DNA from: Candidatus Acidiferrales bacterium
GTDB taxonomy: Bacteria > Acidobacteriota > Terriglobia > Acidiferrales > UBA7541
Assembly: GCA_036518755.1 (NCBI GenBank)
Contig: DATDMO010000364.1
Location: 1 to 43,303, forward strand
DNA length: 43,303 bases
Direction of reading: 5' to 3'
The notes beneath the pieces are model-generated. The model was given only the letters and a program-made list of their open reading frames with translations, was not told the DNA's origin and did no database searches. Shown one piece after another: positions 35,440 through 43,303 of this stretch (positions are counted from its first letter, which is position 1; the number at the start of each line of letters is the position of its first letter). The translations under genes and the position numbers were made by a program.

Positions 35440-36606
35440 TCATTTACCGAGGAGTTGGCGGGCGATGACCATGCGCTGGATTTCGCTGGTGCCTTCGCCG
35501 ATGGTGCAGAGCTTCACGTCGCGGTAATACTTTTCAGCGGGATAATCCTTGATGAAGCCATAGCCACCGTGAATCTGGACGGCTTCGTTGGCTACGCGGA
35601 CAGCTACTTCTCCAGCGTAAAGCTTGGCCATGCTGGACTCGCGGGTGATGCGAGACTGGTCTCCCGCGCCTTCGGAAATGGCGCGATCGGCGAGCCATGC
35701 AGCGCGATAGGTCAGCAGGCGCGCGGCTTCAATCTGCGTGGCCATGTCGGCGAGCTTGAATTGAATGGCTTGAAAATTGGAGATGGGCTTGCCGAACTGT
35801 TTGCGCTCCTTGGCGTAGCGCACCGAACACTCGTACGCACCCTGCGCCATTCCCAGGCCGAGCGAGGCAATCGAGATGCGGCCGCCATCGAGGATCTGCA
35901 AACTGTTGACGAAACCCTCGCCCTCGCTGCCTAAGAGATTTCCCGCAGGCACGCAGCAATCGGTGAAGACCACTTCGCTGGTGTCGCTCGCGCGGAGGCC
36001 GAGCTTATTTTCTTTTTTGCCGGGACGAAACCCCGGAGTTCCCTTCTCGATGATGAATGCAGAAATGCCATGGTGCTTCTTTGAAGCGTCCGTGACAGCC
36101 ATGCCGACGCAGACATCGGCGTAGTGCCCGTTGGTGGTGAACGTCTTCGCACCGTTAATTACCCAACTGCCAGTTTGTTTTACCGCGACGGTGCGTGTGC
36201 CGCCAGCGTCCGAGCCAGCTTCTGGCTCGGTGAGGGACCAGCAGCCAAGCTTTACCCCTTGTGCCAATGGGACAACGTATTTCTGGCGCTGCTCCTCGGT
36301 GCCGAACTTGAAGATGTGATTGGTGCAAAGCGAATTATGAGCAGCTACGATGATGCCAACCGAACCATCCACGCGGGAAAGCTCTTCGATGATGATGGCG
36401 TACTCGAGGTAGCCCATTCCCGCGCCGCCGTATTCTTCCGGAAAAATGACACCGAGAAAACCCATCTGGGCGAGCTTAGGAATGATTTCCGACGGGAACT
36501 GGGATGCTTCGTCCCATTCGGTCACATGCGGCGCGATTTCGGCCTCGGCGAATTCGCGAACGGTGCGCCGCAGGTGCTGCTGTTCGTCGGTAAGCGAGAA
36601 CTCCAC
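35440..36606 (-). CDS. acyl-CoA dehydrogenase (short/medium-chain, butyryl-CoA dehydrogenase-like)
   Basis: [10 protein letters not shown]..., [15 protein letters not shown] and [14 protein letters not shown] are ACAD signatures. It has a GTG start with no SD (see the leaderless finding). Confidence 0.9.
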   Translation of the reverse strand: MEFSLTDEQQHLRRTVREFAEAEIAPHVTEWDEASQFPSEIIPKLAQMGFLGVIFPEEYGGAGMGYLEYAIIIEELSRVDGSVGIIVAAHNSLCTNHIFKFGTEEQRQKYVVPLAQGVKLGCWSLTEPEAGSDAGGTRTVAVKQTGSWVINGAKTFTTNGHYADVCVGMAVTDASKKHHGISAFIIEKGTPGFRPGKKENKLGLRASDTSEVVFTDCCVPAGNLLGSEGEGFVNSLQILDGGRISIASLGLGMAQGAYECSVRYAKERKQFGKPISNFQAIQFKLADMATQIEAARLLTYRAAWLADRAISEGAGDQSRITRESSMAKLYAGEVAVRVANEAVQIHGGYGFIKDYPAEKYYRDVKLCTIGEGTSEIQRMVIARQLLGK

Positions 36607-36751
36607 GATACGTTTATATCATGGCCGCCGCCGACACAGCCGGAATCAAGGCCAAAATGGACCGGTCAACAGCGCAGAAGCAAAGAGGATTCACCGCGGA
36701 CGCAGAGAAAGGATCGAGGCGAGGACTATGGGGCAAGCGTGACCCTGTCCG

Positions 36752-37744
36752 TTACAGGGCCAAGGAGGCGACGCCTGCGCGGCGGCCCACGGCACGGAGG
36801 ACCAAATCGGCCAGCGCCCGGATCAAGAGCGGCGAATCGTTCAGCGCCGGCATCATGTGGAAGTCGTTCACGCCGAGGGATTCGGCTTGCTCGCGAGCCT
36901 CAATGTTGATCTCGTACAGCGTTTCGATGTGCTCGGTGAGGAAGGAAATGGGAATCACCAGCATCCGCTTGATGCCTTCAGCCGCCATTTTCGAGATCGT
37001 GCCTGTGAGCGAAGGCTGCAACCATCTCTGCGGACCGACTCTGCTCTGAAAGCAAAGGACGTGCGGATTGGCCCACGCCCCGAGCTCACGAACGAGGCCC
37101 ACGGTAGCCTCGATTTGCCGTGGATAGGGGTCGCCTTTTTCCACCAGCGCCATCGGAAGTCCATGCGCGCTGAATACCAAGGGCACTTCCTCTGGGTAAG
37201 GCAACTGCCGAAGTATGCCGTTAATGCGCTCGACGACTCCGGCGATGTAATCCGGATGATCGAAAAAGTGATCGACCACATGCACGGGTACCTGCGCCGA
37301 GTACAAGCGGTTCCATTCCTTGAGGCTGCTGCCGGTAGTCGCGAAGGAATAATGGGGATAGAGCGGCAAGAGCACCAGTTCGTCAAAAGCCGCGCGCTGC
37401 AAAGCCGCAATCGCCTCTCCAGTACTCGGATGCCAGTAGCGCATGGCCACAAAAGTGTGCGCGGAAATATGCGGGCGAAGAGCCATATCGAGGGCTCGGG
37501 CCTGCTGCTCGGTGAGGCGGCGGATCGGCGAGCCGCCACCTATTTCGGCATAGTGTTGGCGGACAGTTTTCGACCGGGTAGTCGAGATCAGCTTCGCAAG
37601 CGGTTTGCGGGCCAGAAATGAGCCTGGGAAATTGATGATGTCAGGATCGCAGAACAGATTGTAGAGGAAGGGCTCGACGGCGCTCTGCCGGTCAGGTCCT
37701 CCCAACTGGAAGCAAACAACCGCGATCTTTTTATCTGCCGGCAT
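36752..37744 (-). CDS. hemH: ferrochelatase
   Basis: KIAVVCFQLGGPD..., LPLYPHYSFATTGS and a FSAHGLP-type motif are present. I prefer ATG 37744 (MPADKK); the ORF-track GTG at 37756 is an alternative. Confidence 0.9.
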   Translation of the reverse strand: MPADKKIAVVCFQLGGPDRQSAVEPFLYNLFCDPDIINFPGSFLARKPLAKLISTTRSKTVRQHYAEIGGGSPIRRLTEQQARALDMALRPHISAHTFVAMRYWHPSTGEAIAALQRAAFDELVLLPLYPHYSFATTGSSLKEWNRLYSAQVPVHVVDHFFDHPDYIAGVVERINGILRQLPYPEEVPLVFSAHGLPMALVEKGDPYPRQIEATVGLVRELGAWANPHVLCFQSRVGPQRWLQPSLTGTISKMAAEGIKRMLVIPISFLTEHIETLYEINIEAREQAESLGVNDFHMMPALNDSPLLIRALADLVLRAVGRRAGVASLAL

Positions 37745-37846
37745 CACTTCCCCCACCAGAGACTAAGATGCCACAAGAAGCCGCCGCGCGCAAAACAGCT
37801 TCGGGCTAGAAGCCATTTACGTGCGCACATCGTCCGGCCTACCGAG

Positions 37847-37875
37847 TTGACGCATACCGGGAATGTGTCTACATT
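37847..37875 (+). promoter_or_regulatory. sigma70-like promoter placing the TSS at or next to the GTG of the 73-aa ORF (leaderless)
   Basis: TTGACG (37847..37852), a 17-nt spacer, TACATT (37870..37875), then CGTATC and GTG at 37882. Confidence 0.4.
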
Positions 37876-37881
37876 CGTATC

Positions 37882-38103
37882 GTGCCCACTGGAAAGATAC
37901 AAGTTGGTCAAGTCTGGAAGAAGGACGGGAGTAACGATTCCTTTTTGATCACCAAGGTCTACAACGAGGCGCTGGCCACGTATGCCGTCTTGCGCAAGAC
38001 GGGAGCGGAAGGCGAGCCGCCAATCCGCATCAAAGTGACGAAAACCGGAGCCGCTGCAAGTCTGCCCGGATACACGTTCGCTCAGCAATCCGATGATTTC
38101 TAA
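37882..38103 (+). CDS. small hypothetical protein (73 aa)
   Basis: Composition is protein-like (MPTGKIQVGQVWKKDGSNDSFLITKVYNE...), better than antisense ORF 37744..38088. It has a GTG start and no SD, with a promoter immediately upstream. Confidence 0.45.
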   Translation: MPTGKIQVGQVWKKDGSNDSFLITKVYNEALATYAVLRKTGAEGEPPIRIKVTKTGAAASLPGYTFAQQSDDF

Positions 38104-38129
38104 GACTCCGCGGTAAAGCCTTGCGGGCG

Positions 38130-38801
38130 CTAAAAGCGGAAAATCAAACCCAGATTCGCCTGAAATTGTTGGGCGTAATTATTGACGTTGGCGTTGAAGA
38201 AGCCGAAAAAAGGGTCGAAAAATGTCTCGACCTGAGAAGTAGTGCGAGAAGGCATCCAGCGCACGTCGAAGCGGACGCCGGCATGCGGGACGACGAAGTA
38301 CTTCACGCCGCCGCCAAGATTAAACGAGAGTTTGTTCTCGAACGGCAACGTCCCCCCGGAACTGAAATGCGTGAAACCCATGCCAGCCGCGACGAAGGGC
38401 TTGAGCCGCGATCTCTGACCCAAGTTATAGTCGACGCCCCACTGATAATTATTCAGCGTCAGCTTGCCTGCAGGCGAAGTAATCCCCGTCGTCGCGTCGT
38501 GGGCGCCGAGATCAGTAGGCTCTTGACTCCACATAAATTCGGCCTGAAGGCCGGGTAGGGAGTCAGGCAGCAGGTCGACATCAGCGATGGCGCCGTAGTC
38601 CCAGGTGCTTTTGATGGTGAACTCGTCGATGGGGCTGGTTCCCCCTGAAGCTGTATTGATCACGCCGCCGAAACGGGAACCTCCGAAGGGCGTGATTTCG
38701 ATATTGCGATGAGGCTCAGTAGAGCTCCACTGCCCATCGGCCGGCGACGCGCCAAAAGCGGCTAGTATCAAACTCACTAGAACTATTTCTACTGCTTGCA
38801 T
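38130..38801 (-). CDS. outer-membrane beta-barrel protein (OmpW/porin-like small barrel)
   Basis: The start at ATG 38801 follows AGGAGG. It has a signal peptide (MQAVEIVLVSLILAAFGASPADGQ), alternating beta-strand pattern and the C-terminal ...NLGLIFRF with terminal Phe. Confidence 0.75.
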   Translation of the reverse strand: MQAVEIVLVSLILAAFGASPADGQWSSTEPHRNIEITPFGGSRFGGVINTASGGTSPIDEFTIKSTWDYGAIADVDLLPDSLPGLQAEFMWSQEPTDLGAHDATTGITSPAGKLTLNNYQWGVDYNLGQRSRLKPFVAAGMGFTHFSSGGTLPFENKLSFNLGGGVKYFVVPHAGVRFDVRWMPSRTTSQVETFFDPFFGFFNANVNNYAQQFQANLGLIFRF

Positions 38802-39104
38802 TTGGCCTCCTGTTTGAGAGGTTCGATGATCCGAGCACGAGGGCTTCCCAGTGTCCCTGCCCCTTTTCATTAGAACACCTGGGGCGGCCGATAGTTGCAA
38901 AGCTTCGGCGTAAACATGCTGGTGAAGCGAGGCGTAGCACGATGGGATTCGACCGGGACGTTCAGAAAGTTCTCAATCGCAGTGCCGAGAGCAGAAGGAA
39001 AGGAGGATGCCGCCTAGAAAAAGGAGACAATTTTCCACCGAGAGCACTGCGACCGAAGAGAAAATCAATCGCGGAGCTTGCCAGCTGGATTAGAATAGGT
39101 TCGC

Positions 39105-42100
39105 ATGGCTTCCTCAGCTTCTCCCAATTTCGTACATCTGCATCTGCACACAGACTACTCTCTTCTGGACGGCGCCTGCGAAATCGGCGAATTGACGGCC
39201 GAGGCGGCGCGGCGGGGCATGCCGGCAGTCGCCGTGACGGACCACGGCAATCTTTTCGCCGCCGCAAACTTCTACCACCAAGCCACCACGCACGGAGTCA
39301 AACCCATCATCGGGTGCGAAGTCTACGTGGCGCCGGACAACCACAAGAATCGTGGCGCGGAGGCGGAGCGGTCGAATCATCTTGTCCTACTGTGCGAGAA
39401 CGACGAAGGATACCGGAATCTTATCAGGCTGGTTTCAACGGGGTTCCTCGACGGTTTTTATTACAAGCCACGCGTCGACCACGATTTGCTGGCGCAGCAC
39501 AGCAAAGGACTGATCGCGCTCTCCGCGTGCCTTCGCGGCGAAGTGGCCGATGCGCTGCTCACTGAAAAATACGAACAGGCGCGGACGAACGCGTACCGTC
39601 TGCGCGATATTTTCGGCAAGGGGAACTTTTTCCTGGAGATTCAGGACCAGGGCTTGGACGTTGAGACGCGAATCAATCGCGATCTCGTCGCTCTTTCGCG
39701 CGAAACCGGGATTCCTCTGGTGGCCACAAACGATTGCCACTACCTGACGCAATCCGATTCCCATGCACAGGAAGTGCTGATGTGCATCCAGACTGGCAAG
39801 ACCATGAGCGACGCGCAGCGGATGAAGTTCGCGACCGATCAATTCTATTTCAAGACCGCAGAGGAAATGGCGCAGGTTTTCCGGGAGCTTCCCGACGCAG
39901 TATCGCGCACGGTTGCGATTGCGGAGCGCTGCAACGTCAAGATCCAGCGCGTCAGCAATCCGTTTCCGGAGTTTAAGGTCCCCGACGGGCATACGACGGA
40001 TTCGTATTTTGAGCGCGTGGTGCGCGAGGGGTTTTCCGCGCGCGCGCAACAGTTGGAACACCTGGCTAAGGAGAATCGCCTCCGCCATCCGCTTTCTGAA
40101 TACGAGAGCCGCTTATCCGCCGAAATTCAGATGATTCAGAAGATGCGCTTCGCGGGATACTTCCTGATTGTCTGGGACTTCATTCGCTACGCCCGCTCGC
40201 AGGGAGTCCCCGTGGGACCGGGGCGCGGTTCTGCGGCGGGCAGCCTGGTGAGTTTCGCGCTGCAGATTACGGACGTGGACCCGTTGCAATACGATTTGCT
40301 GTTCGAACGCTTTCTGAATCCCGAACGCATTTCGATGCCCGATATCGACATCGATTTCTGCATGCGGCGGCGCGGAGAAGTGATCGAATATGTCCGGCAG
40401 ATGTACGGCACGGGGAGCGTCGCGCAAATCATCACTTTCGGGACCATGGCGGCGAAGGCGGCGCTGAAGGACGTCGGCCGCGCGATCGATATGCCCTACG
40501 GAGAAGTCGACAAGATAGCCAAAATGATTCCCGCCACGCTGAATATCGAGCTGGAAGATGCGCTCAAGCAGGCTCCTCAGCTGGATTCCCTGCGAAAGAC
40601 GGACGAGCGGGTGAGGGAGATGGTGGAGGTAGCGTTGCGGCTCGAAGGGCTGGCGCGGCATGCATCAACACATGCCGCTGGGGTTGTGATTTCTCCGCAG
40701 CCGCTGACCGAGATCGTGCCTCTGTACAAGTCGAATAAGGACGAAATAACCACGCAGTACGACATGAATGCGCTCGAACGGCTCGGCCTGTTGAAAATGG
40801 ATTTTTTGGGACTGACGACGTTGACGGTGCTGGATGATGCGGTCCGGCTAATTCAGCAGAATCGGGGTGTTTCCGTCGATCTGGCGACCTTGCCGCTCGA
40901 CGATCCCGCCGTGTACGCGTTGTTTTCGCGAGGCGACACGACCGGTATCTTCCAGTTTGAGTCGCACGGCATGCGCGATATTTTGAAACGCTACCAGCCC
41001 ACGCGGATCGAAGACCTGACGGCTCTCAACGCGCTGTATCGTCCGGGGCCCATCCAGGGCGGAATGATCGATGATTTCATCGCCCGCAAGCAGGGCAAGA
41101 AAAAAATTGCGTACGATCTTCCAGAACTGGAAGAGATCCTTTCGGAAACGTGCGGCGTAATCGTCTATCAAGAGCAGGTTATGCAAATCGCAAATCGCCT
41201 GGCAGGATTTTCCTTGGGCGACGCCGACCTGCTCCGCCGCGCGATGGGGAAGAAGAAGCCCGAGGAGATGGCTGCGCAGCGCGAGAAATTCCTTACAGGT
41301 TGCCAGGCACGCAAGGTTCCGCAGAAGAAGGCCGAAAGGATTTTTGACCTCATGGCCGAATTCGCCGGCTACGGCTTCAATAAATCGCACTCATGCGCGT
41401 ATGCGCTCCTCGCCTACGAGACGGCGTGGCTAAAAACACACTATCCCGTGGAGTTCGTGGCCGCGATGCTGACGTCGGAGGCGGGTAACACGGAAAAAGT
41501 GGTGAAGTACATCAACGAGGCCCGCAGCATGGGCGTAACCGTTCTCCCGCCCAATGTGAACTCGAGCGACATGAATTTCACTCCGGTAGGAGACGATATT
41601 CGCTTTGGACTGGCCGCGATCAAGAACGTCGGCGAGAACACTGTGACGGGCATCCTAGCCGCGCGCGAATCGCTCGAGAAGTTCACTGATTTTTTCCAAT
41701 TCTGCGAATCGGTGGATGCGCGGCTGATCAACAAGCGCGTTCTCGAGAGCCTAGTGCGCGCCGGGGCACTCGACGGGCTGGGGGCTCATCGGGCGCAAAT
41801 GATTGCAGCAATCGACCGCGCTGTGGAGCGCGCGCAGAAAATGCAGCGAGCGCGCGAGTCCGGCCAGCACGGCCTTTTCGGCGGTGGAAGTACGCCGGAC
41901 CACATGCCGCCTCCGGAAGCCATGCCGGACGTCGCAGAATGGGCGGAGCACGAACTTCTGGCAGCCGAATATTCGACGCTCGGCTTTTACATCTCCGGAC
42001 ATCCGCTCGACAAATACGCTGGGCGACTGCAGGATCTGAAAGCTGCCGAACTAGCGAGCCTTGAAGGGCGACGCAACGGCGAGGAAGTTACGGTAGCGGG

Positions 42101-42581
42101 CATTATCGTGCAGTACCGCGCGATGCGTTCGCGGCGAGGCGCTCGCTGGGCCATTCTCACTTTGCAAGACCGCACCGGCGTGTGCGAGGCGCTGGCATTT
42201 CCTGAGGCGTTTCAGAAACTCGAACCGATTCTAAAGCCCGCGACGCCCCTGCTGGTGCGGGGACGAATCGCGGTGGAAGACGCCGGGACGCGAGTGATTA
42301 TTTCCGATGCGCGCCTGCTCGATCACGTGAGAGAGCAGTCCAACGCACCAAACCAGGTGCGCGTTCGCCTGAATCGCAGCGCGATGGACGCGGGCACCAT
42401 CGACCGCCTGCAGGAATTGTTTGCGAGCCGGCCGGGGCGATGCCGCATTGCATTCGAGCTTGTACACGAGGATGGAACTGAGGCAACGATCGATGCGGGC
42501 AGCGCTGTGCGCGCGGATTCCGAGTTCCTCGACCGCGTCCGCGAGATTTGCGGAGCCGACTGCGTTGCGGTGATGCAATGA
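39105..42581 (+). CDS. dnaE: DNA polymerase III alpha subunit
   Basis: It has the PHP domain [16 protein letters not shown], the [10 protein letters not shown] motif, an OB-fold region and a length of 1158 aa. Confidence 0.95.
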   Translation: MASSASPNFVHLHLHTDYSLLDGACEIGELTAEAARRGMPAVAVTDHGNLFAAANFYHQATTHGVKPIIGCEVYVAPDNHKNRGAEAERSNHLVLLCENDEGYRNLIRLVSTGFLDGFYYKPRVDHDLLAQHSKGLIALSACLRGEVADALLTEKYEQARTNAYRLRDIFGKGNFFLEIQDQGLDVETRINRDLVALSRETGIPLVATNDCHYLTQSDSHAQEVLMCIQTGKTMSDAQRMKFATDQFYFKTAEEMAQVFRELPDAVSRTVAIAERCNVKIQRVSNPFPEFKVPDGHTTDSYFERVVREGFSARAQQLEHLAKENRLRHPLSEYESRLSAEIQMIQKMRFAGYFLIVWDFIRYARSQGVPVGPGRGSAAGSLVSFALQITDVDPLQYDLLFERFLNPERISMPDIDIDFCMRRRGEVIEYVRQMYGTGSVAQIITFGTMAAKAALKDVGRAIDMPYGEVDKIAKMIPATLNIELEDALKQAPQLDSLRKTDERVREMVEVALRLEGLARHASTHAAGVVISPQPLTEIVPLYKSNKDEITTQYDMNALERLGLLKMDFLGLTTLTVLDDAVRLIQQNRGVSVDLATLPLDDPAVYALFSRGDTTGIFQFESHGMRDILKRYQPTRIEDLTALNALYRPGPIQGGMIDDFIARKQGKKKIAYDLPELEEILSETCGVIVYQEQVMQIANRLAGFSLGDADLLRRAMGKKKPEEMAAQREKFLTGCQARKVPQKKAERIFDLMAEFAGYGFNKSHSCAYALLAYETAWLKTHYPVEFVAAMLTSEAGNTEKVVKYINEARSMGVTVLPPNVNSSDMNFTPVGDDIRFGLAAIKNVGENTVTGILAARESLEKFTDFFQFCESVDARLINKRVLESLVRAGALDGLGAHRAQMIAAIDRAVERAQKMQRARESGQHGLFGGGSTPDHMPPPEAMPDVAEWAEHELLAAEYSTLGFYISGHPLDKYAGRLQDLKAAELASLEGRRNGEEVTVAGIIVQYRAMRSRRGARWAILTLQDRTGVCEALAFPEAFQKLEPILKPATPLLVRGRIAVEDAGTRVIISDARLLDHVREQSNAPNQVRVRLNRSAMDAGTIDRLQELFASRPGRCRIAFELVHEDGTEATIDAGSAVRADSEFLDRVREICGADCVAVMQ

Positions 42582-43303
42582 CGGATTCTCTGGAGAAGCG
42601 CAAACTCGCACGGAAACGATTACGCCGAATGCGCGCACTGGCGAAGCAGCGCAAGATCCAAGCGGAAACAGACGCTGCACTGAGCGCAGAAATCGATACT
42701 CCCGGCCAGCCGCATCGCCCTGAGAAGGCGGCGCGCACAACGAAAACCCTCTCGGATGACGCTAGAGTGAAGGAGGCCACCGCGCAGCGCCAGATCGAAA
42801 TTGACGTGCTTGAGCGCGATATTGCCGAACTCAGCCGCCTGACCGAACCTACCGATGCTACAGCGGAAGAAATCGGCCGGATTCGGCGCGAAGTCGAGGA
42901 ACTGAAGCGGGATTTTTACTCGCATTTGGACTCCTGGCAGCGCCTTCAGCTAGCCCGTCATCCCCAGCGGCCGTACACGGACGATTTCGTACGCCTCTTG
43001 TTTGAGGACTTCAGCGAGGTTCATGGCGACCGATACTTCGCTGACGATCCCGCCTTAATCGCGGGCATGGCGCGCTTTCAGGGCCGCCCTGTGCTGGTGG
43101 TTGGAAACCAAAAAGGACGCGACACCAAGCAACGCCTGGCGCGTAACTTCGGCCAAGCCAAGCCTGAAGGTTATCGCAAAGCTCTGCGAGCCATGCATCT
43201 GGCCGCGAAATTCCGGCGTCCGATTCTTGTTTTTGTAGATACGCAAGGGGCGTATCCCGGTATAGACGCCGAAGAGCGCGGTCAGGCGGAAGCCATCGCT
43301 TAC
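42578..43303 (+). CDS. accA: acetyl-CoA carboxylase carboxyltransferase alpha subunit (partial, runs off the window)
   Basis: Hand translation gives ...[19 protein letters not shown]...[94 protein letters not shown]. It is not in the ORF track because no stop is reached. ATG 42578 overlaps the dnaE TGA; a later start (for example GTG near 42767) is possible. Confidence 0.85.
   Translation, partial: MTDSLEKRKLARKRLRRMRALAKQRKIQAETDAALSAEIDTPGQPHRPEKAARTTKTLSDDARVKEATAQRQIEIDVLERDIAELSRLTEPTDATAEEIGRIRREVEELKRDFYSHLDSWQRLQLARHPQRPYTDDFVRLLFEDFSEVHGDRYFADDPALIAGMARFQGRPVLVVGNQKGRDTKQRLARNFGQAKPEGYRKALRAMHLAAKFRRPILVFVDTQGAYPGIDAEERGQAEAIAY

Noticed and set aside
1-43303. Search for CRISPR arrays, IS elements, integrases, prophage or defence-island signatures and rRNA/tRNA genes
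   Set aside because: I saw no direct-repeat/spacer arrays, no transposase- or integrase-like ORFs and no terminal inverted repeats. Intergenic regions are too short or lack the conserved motifs expected of tRNA or rRNA genes. The window looks like core chromosome.

Overview
This is a 43.3-kb, GC-rich chromosomal segment that looks like Acidobacteriota (Terriglobia-type). The lineage call is by eye and rests on three secreted paralogues of the 'VWFA-related acidobacterial domain' type, a WXXGXW-repeat protein and a TonB with a long N-terminus. These sit among core housekeeping genes: proBA, ileS-lspA-lgt-rluD, lpxD, hemH and dnaE-accA. I call 33 protein-coding genes, of which accA is partial at the 3' edge and absent from the ORF track. 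I also call a few hairpin terminators and sigma70-like promoters. I saw no rRNA, tRNA, CRISPR array, transposase, integrase or prophage signal. Most long ORFs antisense to these genes look like GC-driven shadow ORFs. The most notable points are:
1. Two same-frame ORFs (3115..3894 and 3922..4191, minus strand) are separated by a single TGA. It sits exactly at the first Cys of a thioredoxin-fold W-C-x-x-C motif and is followed by a short hairpin, so this is a candidate selenocysteine (UxxC) peroxiredoxin-like / DsbD-N-like fusion. It appears co-transcribed with an unknown 84-aa protein and a VAO-family flavoprotein.
2. One membrane protein combines a cytoplasmic PilZ domain (both c-di-GMP motifs intact) with a periplasmic SPOR domain. 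It heads a same-strand cluster ending in a CapA-like gene.
3. An orphan near-consensus promoter and an intrinsic terminator bracket about 150 nt of structured non-coding sequence, a candidate sRNA.
4. Three VWA paralogues flank a secreted alpha/beta hydrolase, and one paralogue has a degenerate MIDAS motif.
5. Two genes appear to have leaderless GTG starts that share the string -10 hexamer + CGTATC + GTG.
All family assignments come from motif recognition by eye; no searches were run.
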